Shown: piece by piece, positions 12,649 through 25,029 of the stretch
Position numbering within the stretch: the stretch's first letter is position 1
Layout of the letters: each line of letters opens with the position of its first letter
Assembly (NCBI RefSeq): GCF_964204865.1
Contig: NC_135256.1
Location: 16,740,001-16,804,000, forward strand
Length of the DNA: 64,000 nt
Direction: 5' to 3'
Source of the DNA: Styela clava
Taxonomy: Eukaryota
Notes under the pieces: model-generated
What the model saw: the letters and a program-made list of their open reading frames with translations, nothing else
Told to the model about the DNA's origin: nothing
Database searches by the model: none
Position numbers and translations under genes: made by a program

Positions 12649-13121
12649 CAGGGGCCAACACGTCGATCGCGATCGACCGGTCGATCGCCACGTCGTGAGT
12701 AGTCGATCGCGTTGCCACGCCTGAGAATTCGGTAACATACCTCAAAATATTGCCTTGAACAAGTTTCATGAAGCGCATGTTGTGTGCTTTTGGAACAAGA
12801 ATAATTTAGTAATGTGTACGCGCAAAATACGATACAGTATACCCATATAGTATTTAATAAATCTTAAATAAATGATGAAGCATTTACTCCACATACAATT
12901 ACATAATCAAAATAACAAATTAACTGGGACGTAAAAAACAAGAATTTTTATGGCGTTTTCAGTAAGGATGCGTTCAAAGAACCAAACTTATTGGCAGCGG
13001 CGAAATTTCTTTTATGCGCGTGTGCAGTTATCATTTGTTTTTGTGTACGACTTACTGATCAATCTCGAGCTATTTTGACGATTTTAGTCGATCGCAGTCG
13101 CAAGAAGGTTGGTCACCCCTA
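12649..13121. mobile_element. hAT-Charlie-like MITE
   Basis: CAGGGGCCAAC left end and GTTGGTCACCCCT right end, with subterminal GTCGATCGC palindromic repeats at both ends. Confidence 0.65.
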
Positions 13122-14330
13122 ATATATAGTATTTAGTATTATATCGTATAGTATTTATATATAAAACACTTGCTAGATTGTATTTCAATCAAATGTGCTG
13201 AAGCGTTGCTGGATTGTTAATATCAAGTTCAGGATTTACAGCAACGAGGGAATCTACTTTACAAGTTTTCGCAGAACTAGAACCGATTTAGCTTCACATT
13301 TTGGGGTTTGGAGAAAATCGCTTTTTTTGTAACAATCTCAAATTCACTAATGTTTTTACAGTTAATGATGTGATTGAAAAAGAAACGCATACGCGTGGCT
13401 ATTGATATTTATATCATTGAAAGCTTCTTCGTGATATCTGTCTGAGATTGATATTAATTAAGCGTTTTCCAAGCGAGATATTAAAAAAAAGATACGGTCG
13501 TCATTTTGAATTCATATTGTACGGAATAGAACAAATATTTTGACGCTGACAAATAAGGCAATTGCACAAGTAATACGTAATACGCTAGATCAATATTTCT
13601 AATATTAATGTTATATCTTGAAATCGAATTTTTTTTATTTCAGCGGCACAAATACAGCACCTATATGTGTCTAATGTTCCTAGACAATTTACGATATTCA
13701 GAACCACACGATCAAGTTCTTACTTGCAAGAACCCAATACGAAAACATGAAAGCAAGCATGCTTCGCAACGGAATCCGAAATCAATATTAATTTTTTGTA
13801 TTCCTATGTTGGAATATGTTTCAATATTCCTATGTTTTGAGTATAAGTCCTTTCAATATTCATTATTGACAATTATATGAACCATACTATAAACATAATA
13901 TATTTTATTATATGCCTAATCAGTTATCACAAATGTCCATGATATATAAGTCGAATATATATTATTCTGCAGAATATTTCTAAAACTAAATCGAGGCTTA
14001 ATAAAGGCCATGCTTACACGCCTACAATATTGAAATGTTCATGGGATTATTTGCGTCCATTCTATTATAATAAAAAAAACATAATATAAAAGTAGAAACA
14101 ACCTTCGATGGAAAAAATCAAAAGATCAGTTTGGCGTTTTTTAAATTTAAATGAAAGTCTGTAGAACACATACCATAATTTCCAAAGATGTTCTGATTCG
14201 TACAAAATTATTTTTGAAATTAGTGCAAACAATGTTAGTTTTAAATTACGTCATTAATACTCTCAATCGGTGTAAGACATTCAATGAACTTCTGCATCAT
14301 ATTCTGTCGAAACATTTCAACATTCCACAC

Positions 14331-17300
14331 TTAACTTTGATACGTCGAAATTGTTTTCATTTGCTTCTCTTTGGTTAGTATAGTGCCATGCGATCTAATA
14401 TCATTGTATGCCGGATGACTGATAGCAACTCCTGTTTGAGTTCCTAAAAATACATAGCCACAAAAATTTAATTAAATAGTGAGTAACAGATATACTCTAC
14501 TTCGAATTTGCGTTGCCGGATTTAGTCTGTAGAATTTGATATAGCTGGAAAAAATGAAACTTTAATTGTATTTTGAAACTGTCATTCTATTCCTACTTAA
14601 TTAACGCAGGTAAATATGATTTGACTCACTTTCGGCCATCGTTGTGGAGTGAACATCCACAGTCAATGTTTCCTCACACGATTGGACAAGAAATTCCTGC
14701 AATTTATATATTAGAAGAGCATTATGGCATTTGATCAAAAATATTAGTACACTGTGAGGCTAAGACCTAATATTTACGAAGTCGCGTATACTTGCGACTA
14801 AAGAATTTTTATGACTGAATGGTTACGGTCAATTGTTCAAATTCTTGCCATGTCATCGTATAATTGAAGTAAATTCGTTCAATAGGTATATTGTAGAGTA
14901 GATTGTATGTGTGTGTACATAAGTTTATAGTGCTTTCAGTCTCTAGGATTTTAGCACCAGGCAATTTGATATTATTCATCTATAGATATTTAGCGATATA
15001 AGCGCACATTTTCAATTATTTCAAAGAATATTATATAATTAGTTAGAATGTGAGAATATGAAATCTAGCAAAATCAGAGTGAATGGCTCGTCAGACTATA
15101 ACTCCCCTAAACTTGTGAGTACAAGACGATTCGTGCAATAGAACGTGAAAAGTTGATTTACCTGGTCATCTTCTGTCGCATCACAACAGGAGCATCCTTT
15201 GCAGCATTTCATAGGTTGGCAATATTTTGAGCAACTCAATACATAAAGCAGTAACAGTGCAATATATAACACCATAGACACGCTATGTAGAGCGAGAGGT
15301 ATGATATTGTTCTGCAAAACCGAAGAGGAATACTGATACCAAACCTTGTTGTAAAATTTGATTTGATGATCTTACTTAGAGCTTTAAAATATTTTTGAGT
15401 GTGCGATGACCTCGGGCTTATACTTTTATGTTTGACCAGGGTCGCTAACATATTTTCTATCAACCCTTATGAAACCATAAATAAATGAAGAATCGACTTA
15501 AGAGGAAAAGTCCGACTGTGAATTCTTATCTTTGTTGAATACTTATATACATGAATAATAATAATAAATAATACGAAATGGTTGACAACAACAGATCGTT
15601 TCAATATTATGGTAATATAACAAACATGTACTGACGAGGATCCCTGCTTTCGGTGCATGAAGGTTAACTTTATTTATATCTGGTTCGCGCGATATGCGTA
15701 AGAGTGTTGAGACCTAGTTTTCAGTGTTCGTTTAGCAGCAAATATTCCGTCTGTATTTTGACACATTTAGAACTCAAATTTATCCAAATTGGTCATTGAA
15801 TAATTATTTGCTTTTTATGAAAAGTACAGTCTTATCACTAATTCGTAGAACGAAATAATTTGAACTTAACAGCTCAACAAAACTCCGATCAAAAATTTAT
15901 CACAGGTTTCAATATTTGCTTCCGGGCAAATTTGACAGTGTATCGAACTTGATTGAACAATTTCGATTTTGGAAAACAAAAATTTATATCATATTTTGTG
16001 CAACTTTGGTAATGAACAACGCTACACATTTCATATGTGATTATGATACTGAATGTATGATTACTCGACATTTTAGAATTATATTGAATATATTACGAGG
16101 AAAAGAAATGTAACTCACGATATAACCGGCACTGAATGCTACTAGTGGTATTTCCATTCCAATACCAGTGACTGAAATAACAATTCCAAGTATCGATGTC
16201 GTGAGACATACAATAATCTGAAGTGAAATAATAACATACGTATTTGGAAGCAAAAAATTGCAATCTCCACTAGACTCTAAATAATTGATGCAGCATATTT
16301 TTGTAAACGTTCATTTTTCAAAAATACTTACCATAATTTTAGAGGGTAGGCAAGACGATGCAATTCCAAAACAGGAAAACACCACCAACTGAAGACAAAA
16401 AGTACAAAAACATTTTACATTTATATATATATATATAAAATGAAACTAAAATAACAATTTGTTCCATGAATTCTATAATCGAGAGAGGGAGGGAGATTTA
16501 GTGTTTTGTCAAACAGAATGAGTCACCACAACAAGAAGTACAAAATAGCTAATAATTGAACTGCTTCTTCAAACTTTTCTTGAGTTTCTTATACGAACAA
16601 CAACAATTACTTGCTGTTCTTATCACGTTAACGGTTCTACAAAACGCTCACTCGTTGTGGGTTTGGCTCTTTTCTATTTTCAACAACCAATCGTAAGGAA
16701 TGTATCATAAGCATGCATTACAATTTGAAAAATAAACTCGAAAAGTTATCAGTATTTTTGTCTCTATTCATTATAAAAGTACCAGCAACAGCAATACAAC
16801 ATAGATCAGAGATTCTCAAAGTGGGCGATATCGACCGCTATAACCGATCTGAATAGTGACTTCTAATGAGTGGATACATTAGAAATACGAGTATCTGATA
16901 AATCATGCATTCTCATTTATTTACTGCCATATGTTCAGCTGCAAATCTTCTTCACTTACATTATTTGAAAAAAACTATTGTTATTATTGAAATATAAGTT
17001 TTCGTAATATATATTAGATCCCAGCTTACCACTATTCCGAACCACGCTTCCATTCCGGCAAACTTGAAATAAATAGATAGCACACCAACCAAAATCAAGC
17101 ATAATCCGAGAATCAGTTGAGAAACCTTAAATGTATATATATATGCATATAAAAATATAATGAGTTATAGAATACTATGATCTTTCGTGTCCATTGCGTA
17201 CAAATTGTTCACAACTATACTCTCTAAAGACAATTAGTGTCAACAGAGCGCTATCTACTATATTTATATATATATACAAAACGCTCTATTAATTTAACGA

Positions 17301-17548
17301 CTGCACCAACCGATTGTGGCATTCAACTATTATGACAAATCGTTACTGAGTTAGATTCTACCAGAACCAGATTGACTGTGTGAAACAGAGTTTTAATTCA
17401 TGGCACCCAATTCGTGGCGCATTCGTTTAATAAGCTAGAACCTGTCAAAAATTGTTCAACTTACAGCTAAGATCATCGTCCTCTTTCTATACTTCTTTGT
17501 ATATTCAATACCATATTGGTGTCGGTTAATTTGTGCCGTGCCACTCAT
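14331..17548 (-). CDS. MS4A/CD20-like four-TM protein (~221 aa)
   Basis: Seven exons in continuous phase with GT-AG: 17465-17548, 17030-17125, 16332-16388, 16119-16217, 15162-15311, 14630-14696, 14331-14443. TM1 MILAVSQLILGLCLILVGVL and TM2 GMEAWFGIVLVVFSCFGIAS resemble MS4A QIxxG and GxPxWxG motifs. Cys cluster after TM4 (CSKYCQPMKCCKGCSCC). Tail contains HPAYNDI. Confidence 0.75.
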
Positions 17549-18063
17549 AGGGTGACGTATTGACGGGGAGGAAATATCCGGCGAAGGAGAGTACCTCGAC
17601 ATTTTTGTGTGCTGTTAGGAAATGACGTACTAGTAAAGACTTCTGTAAATCAAGGGAAATTCCATAAAAAGGAGAGAAAACATATTTTTTTTTATATTTT
17701 GCTGAAGTTTGAAGCCTTTGGAAAAATACCATACATTTATTCAATATGAATATTCGCACAATTTAACCTAATATTTTTCAAACCGCTCTACATTTATAGA
17801 TTTGATCGAAAATCTTTCCAAGCCATGCTATATACCGTCCTCAACACTAAATCAACAGTCTTATAAAATCTCATTGGTTAATCATTGACTCTTCGAGTTG
17901 ATTTTTCTGAAATAAAAAATGTATCTTGATTCAATAAATCCCGCTCCTGCTTGTAACTCTATTGTCAAGAATATAATCAGGTTTCCGTGAAATAGTTGAA
18001 GCGAATGAATGAAATTATTTATTGAAAATGAACGAATGATCATAAAAAATGATAGTTTACAGT

Positions 18064-18345
18064 CAGAATTCCTCAAACTAAGCTCTTGGCGACCCTGGGA
18101 AGTCACTGACAGGTTCTCGTGCAAAAAAGGCCTGAACTTGGTACCATTTTCAATGACTATCAATTTAAGGTAAATTAACTGTCATTTGAATATTTATTCT
18201 TTTTTATTATGAAACTTGGCGCATAACATAACTGATGGAAACGCGTTAAAAACAAAACTAGATGTGTTTATAGAAGACCATGAGGTCACAAGTGTTGAAA
18301 GTTATTGGAAGGGGGCCACGGAGCGCAAAATTGTGAGAACCACTG
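18064..18345. mobile_element. Degenerate hAT MITE
   Basis: CAGAATTCCTCAAACT left end and TGTGAGAACCACTG right end. Both flanks contain GTTTAC (degenerate TSD). Confidence 0.4.
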
Positions 18346-21209
18346 GTTTACTTAATTCGGGTTCAAACTTTGGCGAATGTTTACGGGCGCATCAGTCGTC
18401 AAGCTAATTTACTGCCATCTGATTAAAAACAATGTAGCCTGCTCGAAAAGAAGAATGGATTGTATTTGCTCATAGAAACTACCCACAAATGTAGAACACT
18501 AAGACCGATATCTTTCCGTCTTACCCGAATTATAATAACCCATGATGGTAAGGGGGTCGGTCATGAGATCGCTAACCTGCAACATAACAAGCACCCTAAT
18601 ATTCCTTTTATTGAAGATTCAGTCTTCATGCTTATGTCTGATATATACTATTTGATTTCATTCGTGGACATCATTATAATATTTCTGTTTCACAGGGTGA
18701 TACAATTGAAGTACTCAGCCTGAATACATCAACGCCATCACACGCAAATAGTGAAGATTACCCAGATTGGCAAACTTTGTTAAATTTCCGTCGCGTTAGT
18801 TACGATTTTTTGTCCCATGGTGGATTTCCGAATAAATTACCTATTTATTCCAAACTTTTGTTCTCTCTGATCCTGCTGCGTCTGACGATGTTAGGTCGCT
18901 TTCCCCATCTAACTTTGTGTTCTACATACAGTTCTTGGACGATAAACATCGGAAGAACATTCAGCAAATATTGCTCAGAAGTCTTTATCCTCATAAATTT
19001 TAGTACTGACGCAATTCGTATCGATCGGTTATACTGTATTATTATATGTTCACTTCTCCCGCCGTCACAGCGGAATTTATTGTTTACTGACATATATATA
19101 TCTGCGGTATATTAGCCACCTTGACAAACAGCATTTTTTACTACAATGGAATATACATCTAGAACCGATAGTTATATGGTCTTTTATTATAGCTATTGAA
19201 TGTATTGACCTAAAAAGACTTTAGTGACTTCCTAAAAGTGAGCCAGCCCAAAATGGTTTGGTAGTGGTGGTTCAGTGGCCACTGATATCTAACAATATTT
19301 TAAAGAGTCGCTCTACAGGCGTACTTCACTGTCGAAGTACTCCAAGGTATATAAGCTCACATTTTCATCTAGTTTAGTACACTTGGTGAAAGGATTATTG
19401 ATAGAAAGCCAGGAAACGTCGGGTTATCAGTAAATCGTTCAAGAACAGCACAAAATGGTGTTGGAAAAGGCGTATGAATTAATGGGCCACCGTAAATGTT
19501 GAAATTTTTTTATCATTTTTTTTTTACTGGGGGCATTGGTGGGCTGTGATTCCTCTGGTTTAAATGCCTCAAACCCTCTCTATTACGATGTAATAACGTC
19601 TTTAATTCGTTTTCGTGCATTTTATAAAATGTTTTTATCATGTAAGTTCAAGAAAAATTACATTTCTAAAACTGAACATGATCAGCTATGTTATGGGGAC
19701 AGAACTTGTACTATAAGTTAAGAAAGAAGTATGTCTGAAATTTCAACAAATAACCGTTAAATTTTATTCATGTACACACAAGAACCCACTTTTTTCAATG
19801 AAATTTGCTTAAGGCAAGATCATGCGCACTGACTCAGAAACAAAAAAAAATTGACTTCTTTGTGAGGTTACCCCGGAGACTTTAAAGAATTATAGCGCAG
19901 GTTCATGCCAATACCATCTGTGAAACAGACACGAGCTTGTGAACTCCTCACAACTGAAGTTCTTTGAAAAATGTTTTTACGACTGATAGGTACACTGACT
20001 GTAAGCGGGTGAGAGTTAATGGCCAACCGAGTTTGAAGACTGAGAGCCTTTATCGAGGGACAGGTTCTGAAAGTTCAAAAGAACACAGTCCTTAAAATAT
20101 TTGTGGAATGTTGGTTCCGGGGCATAGGGCTGTATGGGAGCTGTGAAAGTTTATTTGTAGAGTTAAATAATTTCTTTTCCTGCATTAATAGTTGCAAATT
20201 AGCATAGTGAGAATGATGATCAATCAAACTGGAACGCATACACTTCATAAGATATTTGAATCTGCGTTTTGCCGATTATGCACATATTTGTTGTTAATAG
20301 AAGCAATAAAATGAAGAGTGGCTTTCATGTCATGTGGGCACAAACTACCAACTATGAAGCATATTGATTATAAACCAAACTCAGTTGGTACTGGCAATTG
20401 AAAAAAGGAATGAATGCAAGTGGTATTTCATTTGACAGTTTTGAAACAGAACATTTATCAGAAATTACCTAAAAGTATGGTATGAACACAGTAGTGTGTT
20501 ATGGAGCAGATAAATGGAATATTTTTCTCACCACCATTATCAATCAGTACCCCAGAACATGAAATTAGAAGTAGTAAGAAAATGATTTTCCCCTTATCCA
20601 TACTAACTGCGTTTTTTTTTGTGCAGAACTGATTGTACAGTTTTGTTGGGTCTATTTCTTCTATGATAGAATTTACAAATTTCTGACATAGCAACAATAA
20701 AAGCTTCATTTGCTAATAACTTCATCAGGCATCTTTTGAAATTAGGGCTAAAAAGCCCTTAACATTAGAACTGACAATGGGCCAATGAGGAAGATACTTA
20801 CAAACATGAATGACAACAAGCTAGCATCAATGAACGTGTCAACTAAAACCAATGTCATATCTCAACGGCGATAAATTACAACTAATCCCATCCTTTCTTA
20901 ACAATATTATATTTTGGCTATCACCAATTCAATGCTCATTAAATTACCCAATATCAATTTGCTGATATTCAGAAAGAACATGGTAACAGCCTTTCATTTC
21001 ATGGTGAGCGAAAAATATTTTTTAAATCTCTCCATGTGTACATTGTTGAGTTCGCAATGATAAGTGGAATTCATCAAGAATATTGGCATGTAAAGTGATA
21101 TCAATTCAGTCAAAGTACCTGACAATACCAGTGTATTTATACCAATCCAGAGAGTTCTATCGAATGCAAATATATAAAAAATATTTCTGATGATTCAAGA
21201 ATGTTCAAG

Positions 21210-21215
21210 TTTATT
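21210..21215 (-). promoter_or_regulatory. Putative polyadenylation signal of SF3A3
   Basis: AATAAA on the minus strand about 93 nt downstream of the stop codon. Confidence 0.45.
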
Positions 21216-21307
21216 TCTTAATGCTACTCCTGTAAGAACACAGGTTGATTGAGTTTAAGTCCACGAGCTCTTTCGCATTTCCTAAAGTTGATAAACAACA
21301 CAAATGC

Positions 21308-22816
21308 TCATAATAAGCCTTGTCTTTTCAGGTCCTCGTATGTCTTTTTTGAGACAACATTTCCAGCAGAGTCTTCATATTCCTCTTCTTGGTCTGGATT
21401 CCATCTCTCTGCATTTTTCATTTCTTTAATTTTTGACCACAACGCCATCGCATCTTCAATTTTTGTAACATTGGCAAAATGGGCAGTGTTAGGAATACCA
21501 AGGCAACGCATCCCATGTGCATGACGCCATTCAGCAAAATGTCGTTGAAATGCCTTTGGTCCTCTGTAAGTTTGATTTCCGCAAATCTCACAGCTGTAGT
21601 TGATATTAAGACCATGGAGTTTATAAAGCCAGTAAGGGATCGGTTTGCCATCCCAGCCAAGAGGAAGATTCTTGGGATTATAAATCACTTCATCCTCATC
21701 ATCTCCTGAATCACTATCAGACATAACATCATCCTCATCTTCATCACGCTCTGTATCAGTACGTGCTTGTCGACGTTGTACATTATCCCTTGTGGCAGCC
21801 CTTTGTTCACTAACAAGCTCAACTAGGTGATATATTTGTGCCTCTACCATGGCAGTTTCTTTATTGCGTTGAGATGTTAAATCCTTCTTTCCAGCTTTAA
21901 TTTTACTTTTAGAATACAATGATGTTTCAATTTCATCCATCGTTTTTCCTTTCGTGCTGAACAATCTTTCAGCTCTTTGCTCTAAAGTTCCACCACACTT
22001 CAGACTCAATGCCATCAGCGCAGACTTCAACCTATCAAGACCTAATGATGCAAGTTCTTCTGCTGATGTGAAAGCACTTAGATCAAGATGAGCTCCAGAA
22101 TGAGCCATCGCACTTCCAGCCTCTTTACCCCAGCCAGGAAATTCATTTGTTTCCCATTGCAATTCAAACTTTTTCAAAACCTCATCATGCTCGACATTCA
22201 AGTCGAGTAAAGGTTTAATGCGTTCAACAAACGATACAAGATACTGCAATAAACCATCAATGTAGTCATGATATTGAGTATTTTTCCTATCTCGTGGAAT
22301 TTCAAACAAGCGATCAAATGCATCTAAATATCTAACATAAGTTAGTTTTTCAATGCCTTTTATGTTAATATAACGCAAGTGTGATTCATGTAAATCTAAA
22401 AAGCGACCATAGGACTCTTCATCAGTAAATTCAACAAGTATTGTTGCTTCATCGCTTGCATTTTCTCTCGCTTGATTCAACTCTTCAAATTCCATAGACA
22501 TGGGAACAAACACTTCATTTGGATGTTTTTTGTGAAAATCTTTGATTTCCCGTAACCGTTTATAAAACTCACCAAATTCATTTGGACCCGCAATTGCTTG
22601 TATTTCAGCTTTTCTTAAACCGTCCTTGTCTTCGTACAGCTCCTGTAATCTAACTGAATTGTCCATAACACGATCTAGCAGATGCCTCATTCTGTGGTCT
22701 GAGTTGATTTGTTCACGAACCGCTGATTTCTTATGCATGCTTTCCTTTGTCATAGCATCATATAAACGCTCTTTTTCTTCATGCAGCCTACGCTGTTGTT
22801 CTAACGTGGTCTCCAT
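21308..22816 (-). CDS. SF3A3: Splicing factor 3A subunit 3 (SF3a60/PRP9), intronless, 502 aa
   Basis: [18 protein letters not shown] matches the known SF3A3 N-terminus, so the true start is 22816 rather than 22897. Contains [46 protein letters not shown]1-type zinc finger [24 protein letters not shown] and C-terminal [12 protein letters not shown]. Confidence 0.97.
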   Translation of the reverse strand: METTLEQQRRLHEEKERLYDAMTKESMHKKSAVREQINSDHRMRHLLDRVMDNSVRLQELYEDKDGLRKAEIQAIAGPNEFGEFYKRLREIKDFHKKHPNEVFVPMSMEFEELNQARENASDEATILVEFTDEESYGRFLDLHESHLRYINIKGIEKLTYVRYLDAFDRLFEIPRDRKNTQYHDYIDGLLQYLVSFVERIKPLLDLNVEHDEVLKKFELQWETNEFPGWGKEAGSAMAHSGAHLDLSAFTSAEELASLGLDRLKSALMALSLKCGGTLEQRAERLFSTKGKTMDEIETSLYSKSKIKAGKKDLTSQRNKETAMVEAQIYHLVELVSEQRAATRDNVQRRQARTDTERDEDEDDVMSDSDSGDDEDEVIYNPKNLPLGWDGKPIPYWLYKLHGLNINYSCEICGNQTYRGPKAFQRHFAEWRHAHGMRCLGIPNTAHFANVTKIEDAMALWSKIKEMKNAERWNPDQEEEYEDSAGNVVSKKTYEDLKRQGLL

Positions 22817-23360
22817 CGCAGATAACGAAAAACCAGGACCATATAAATCAGCAACAGCGAACGTCCCGATAGGTATAACGTTACACAAACACAGCAAGCC
22901 AGTCGAATTCGAAAATCTGCTGCTAGCTTCGCAGAGTGAACTGAAGGGTCGTAGTGCTTTTCAATATGAGTAGTTTGTTAGTGATGCCAGATTTTTCGTG
23001 TTATATTTGTTTCCATTTATATTATGGCGTGAATTATCAAACAATAACCGTTGAACGAATTTACATTCATTCGTTAATATTTTAAATAAGTTTCTACTTA
23101 ACAATAAAATTTAAAATTAAATGTTTGCTTGAAAATTGCATAATAATGTGAATGTCGAATCATACAGTTATACTGCCACTTTCGGCAGTATTGTACAGAT
23201 GATTGGTGATCCAGGTATAGGTAATTTTAAACCTTATCTCGTAACGAAAAGTGGGCATTATAAAGACTTCAATTGCCTCTATTTTATTCACAGTTTTACA
23301 TATGTACTTGTTTCCATGCCAGATATATATCTAAAACCACTGAATTCTATTGGGCTATAT

Positions 23361-23896
23361 CAGGGGTTCCCAAACCGCGGCCCGCCGAGCTTAAGTGAAA
23401 TATTGACATAGATTTTGTTTTAACCTTTTTACAACCTAGAAACCGCCAATTGTTATGTCGTTATCCCATTTTAAGCTCGTGTTCATGGTAACAATTCGAT
23501 TATGCCGATATCTCAGTTATACGTACCGGTATTAGGATTACATAGGGTAGTAATTTAGTTATCAGTCATAGAAGAAAGGTTAGAGATGCCAAATAATAAA
23601 CTAGACTCTGAAAACAGACTTTCCTCGGATGAATAGCATCGTTCGTGTTTCTTTATTGAAAAGAATCACGCTTCAGAGATTTGTCCACTTTGCCAACGAA
23701 CTATTCCAATTCTGAAACAATACCACATGAAGCGCCATTATGAGTCAAACAAACATGTTTCGAAAAATGTCAAACGTGAATCCACTGAACCCCAGCTAAA
23801 CCCTCGCATACTTCCGGGACACTACATACTTCCGGCCCGCGTACATCCTTCCGATTCAAATTTTGGCTCGCGGTCAATAAAGTTTGGAAACCCCTG
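23361..23896 (+). mobile_element. hAT-Charlie/Buster internal-deletion derivative with perfect 8-bp TSD
   Basis: TIRs CAGGGGTTCCCAAAC / GTTTGGAAACCCCTG. TSD GGCTATAT at 23353-23360 and 23897-23904. Internal remnant LDSENRL...FFIEK...ICPLCQRTIPILKQYHMKRHYESNKH (transposase N-terminal zinc finger) with a stop. Confidence 0.85.
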
Positions 23897-25029
23897 GGCT
23901 ATATATATCAATCTTTGTGGAACTCTAAATGCAATGCAATATTATTTAGAAGAATACAGAACTGAGAATGACACTGCATTTATTTAATCATTGGTAATAT
24001 ACAATAAATTGACGATTTAGTAGTTATATTTTATTTAATATATCCGTATAAAAAGAAAAGAAAGATCTCACTATTTTGTACGATATAATAGTGAAATGAT
24101 TTTAATAGTTTTCGACTCGGTTGTTTCATAAATCTAGTAAGATGGTCAATACCAGCCATTTCGACCAATCAAATCAATTCGTAAAGAAAACATACATTTC
24201 TTCAGCAACCCATTAGTAAATGTATTGTATATTTTCCCGATGTTCCGGCCAATCTAACCGGTGTTGTATAACTGTTCCAATTTACACCAGCTTACTTCAT
24301 CTCCCATCCTGTGTTACAGCTAGACTTTCCAGCCAGGTTTTGGATTAGAATGTTAGAATTTCATTTAGCCCATAACAGAATAATAATCTAAGCAGTCTAG
24401 TCCTAATTTAGTGATGTTTATGCATGGTTGATGATACTGATTGGATTCAAAATGTTAAAAATGGGTTCTCTCTTGTATTGGATGCGTTAATAACAGATTC
24501 TATCATTTTGAAAATCGTGACAAACTTATAGCCCTGGAAAACATGACCAGGTTCGATTCGCGCGAACCCGTGCGAACATCCTGAATCCAACCACTGAATA
24601 ATACCATCTTTCAGTTGATAATATGTAAAAAAAAAGTTTACAAAATATCATAATAATAAAATCGATTTTGGTTGAATTTTTATAAATATTAATTCTATTT
24701 GTTATAATAAATTCCGGTAAAATAAACAGTAGTTGATTATGAGAATAAATAATTGAGTCGGCCTTTAATAGAAATAGTATAAGCTTGTTCCACAACATAA
24801 TTATTGATAATTAGAGATTAGTACATATTAAACAGATAAATAAATAAAATTTGTTTCGTTTAACTATGATCTCAAAATTACGATTTTAGTAAAATAAATT
24901 GAAGTCCAGATTGAAGGCATCGAATTTAAATAAAATACTGAGTTATTATATATATAATGAAAATATTTTAGAGCTCAAATATTATATATTTTGAAAACTA
25001 TTCTGATAGTTTAAGGTAATTATGTGTAT

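Noticed and set aside
22817-22897. 27-codon N-terminal extension of SF3A3 in the ORF track
   Set aside because: Starts at a non-ATG codon; the conserved N-terminus begins at ATG 22816.
21249-22973. Antisense and alternate-frame ORFs overlapping SF3A3
   Set aside because: Shadow ORFs of a real CDS.
24540-24570. B-box-like GGTTCGATTC suggesting a tRNA gene
   Set aside because: No A-box at the proper distance and no cloverleaf.
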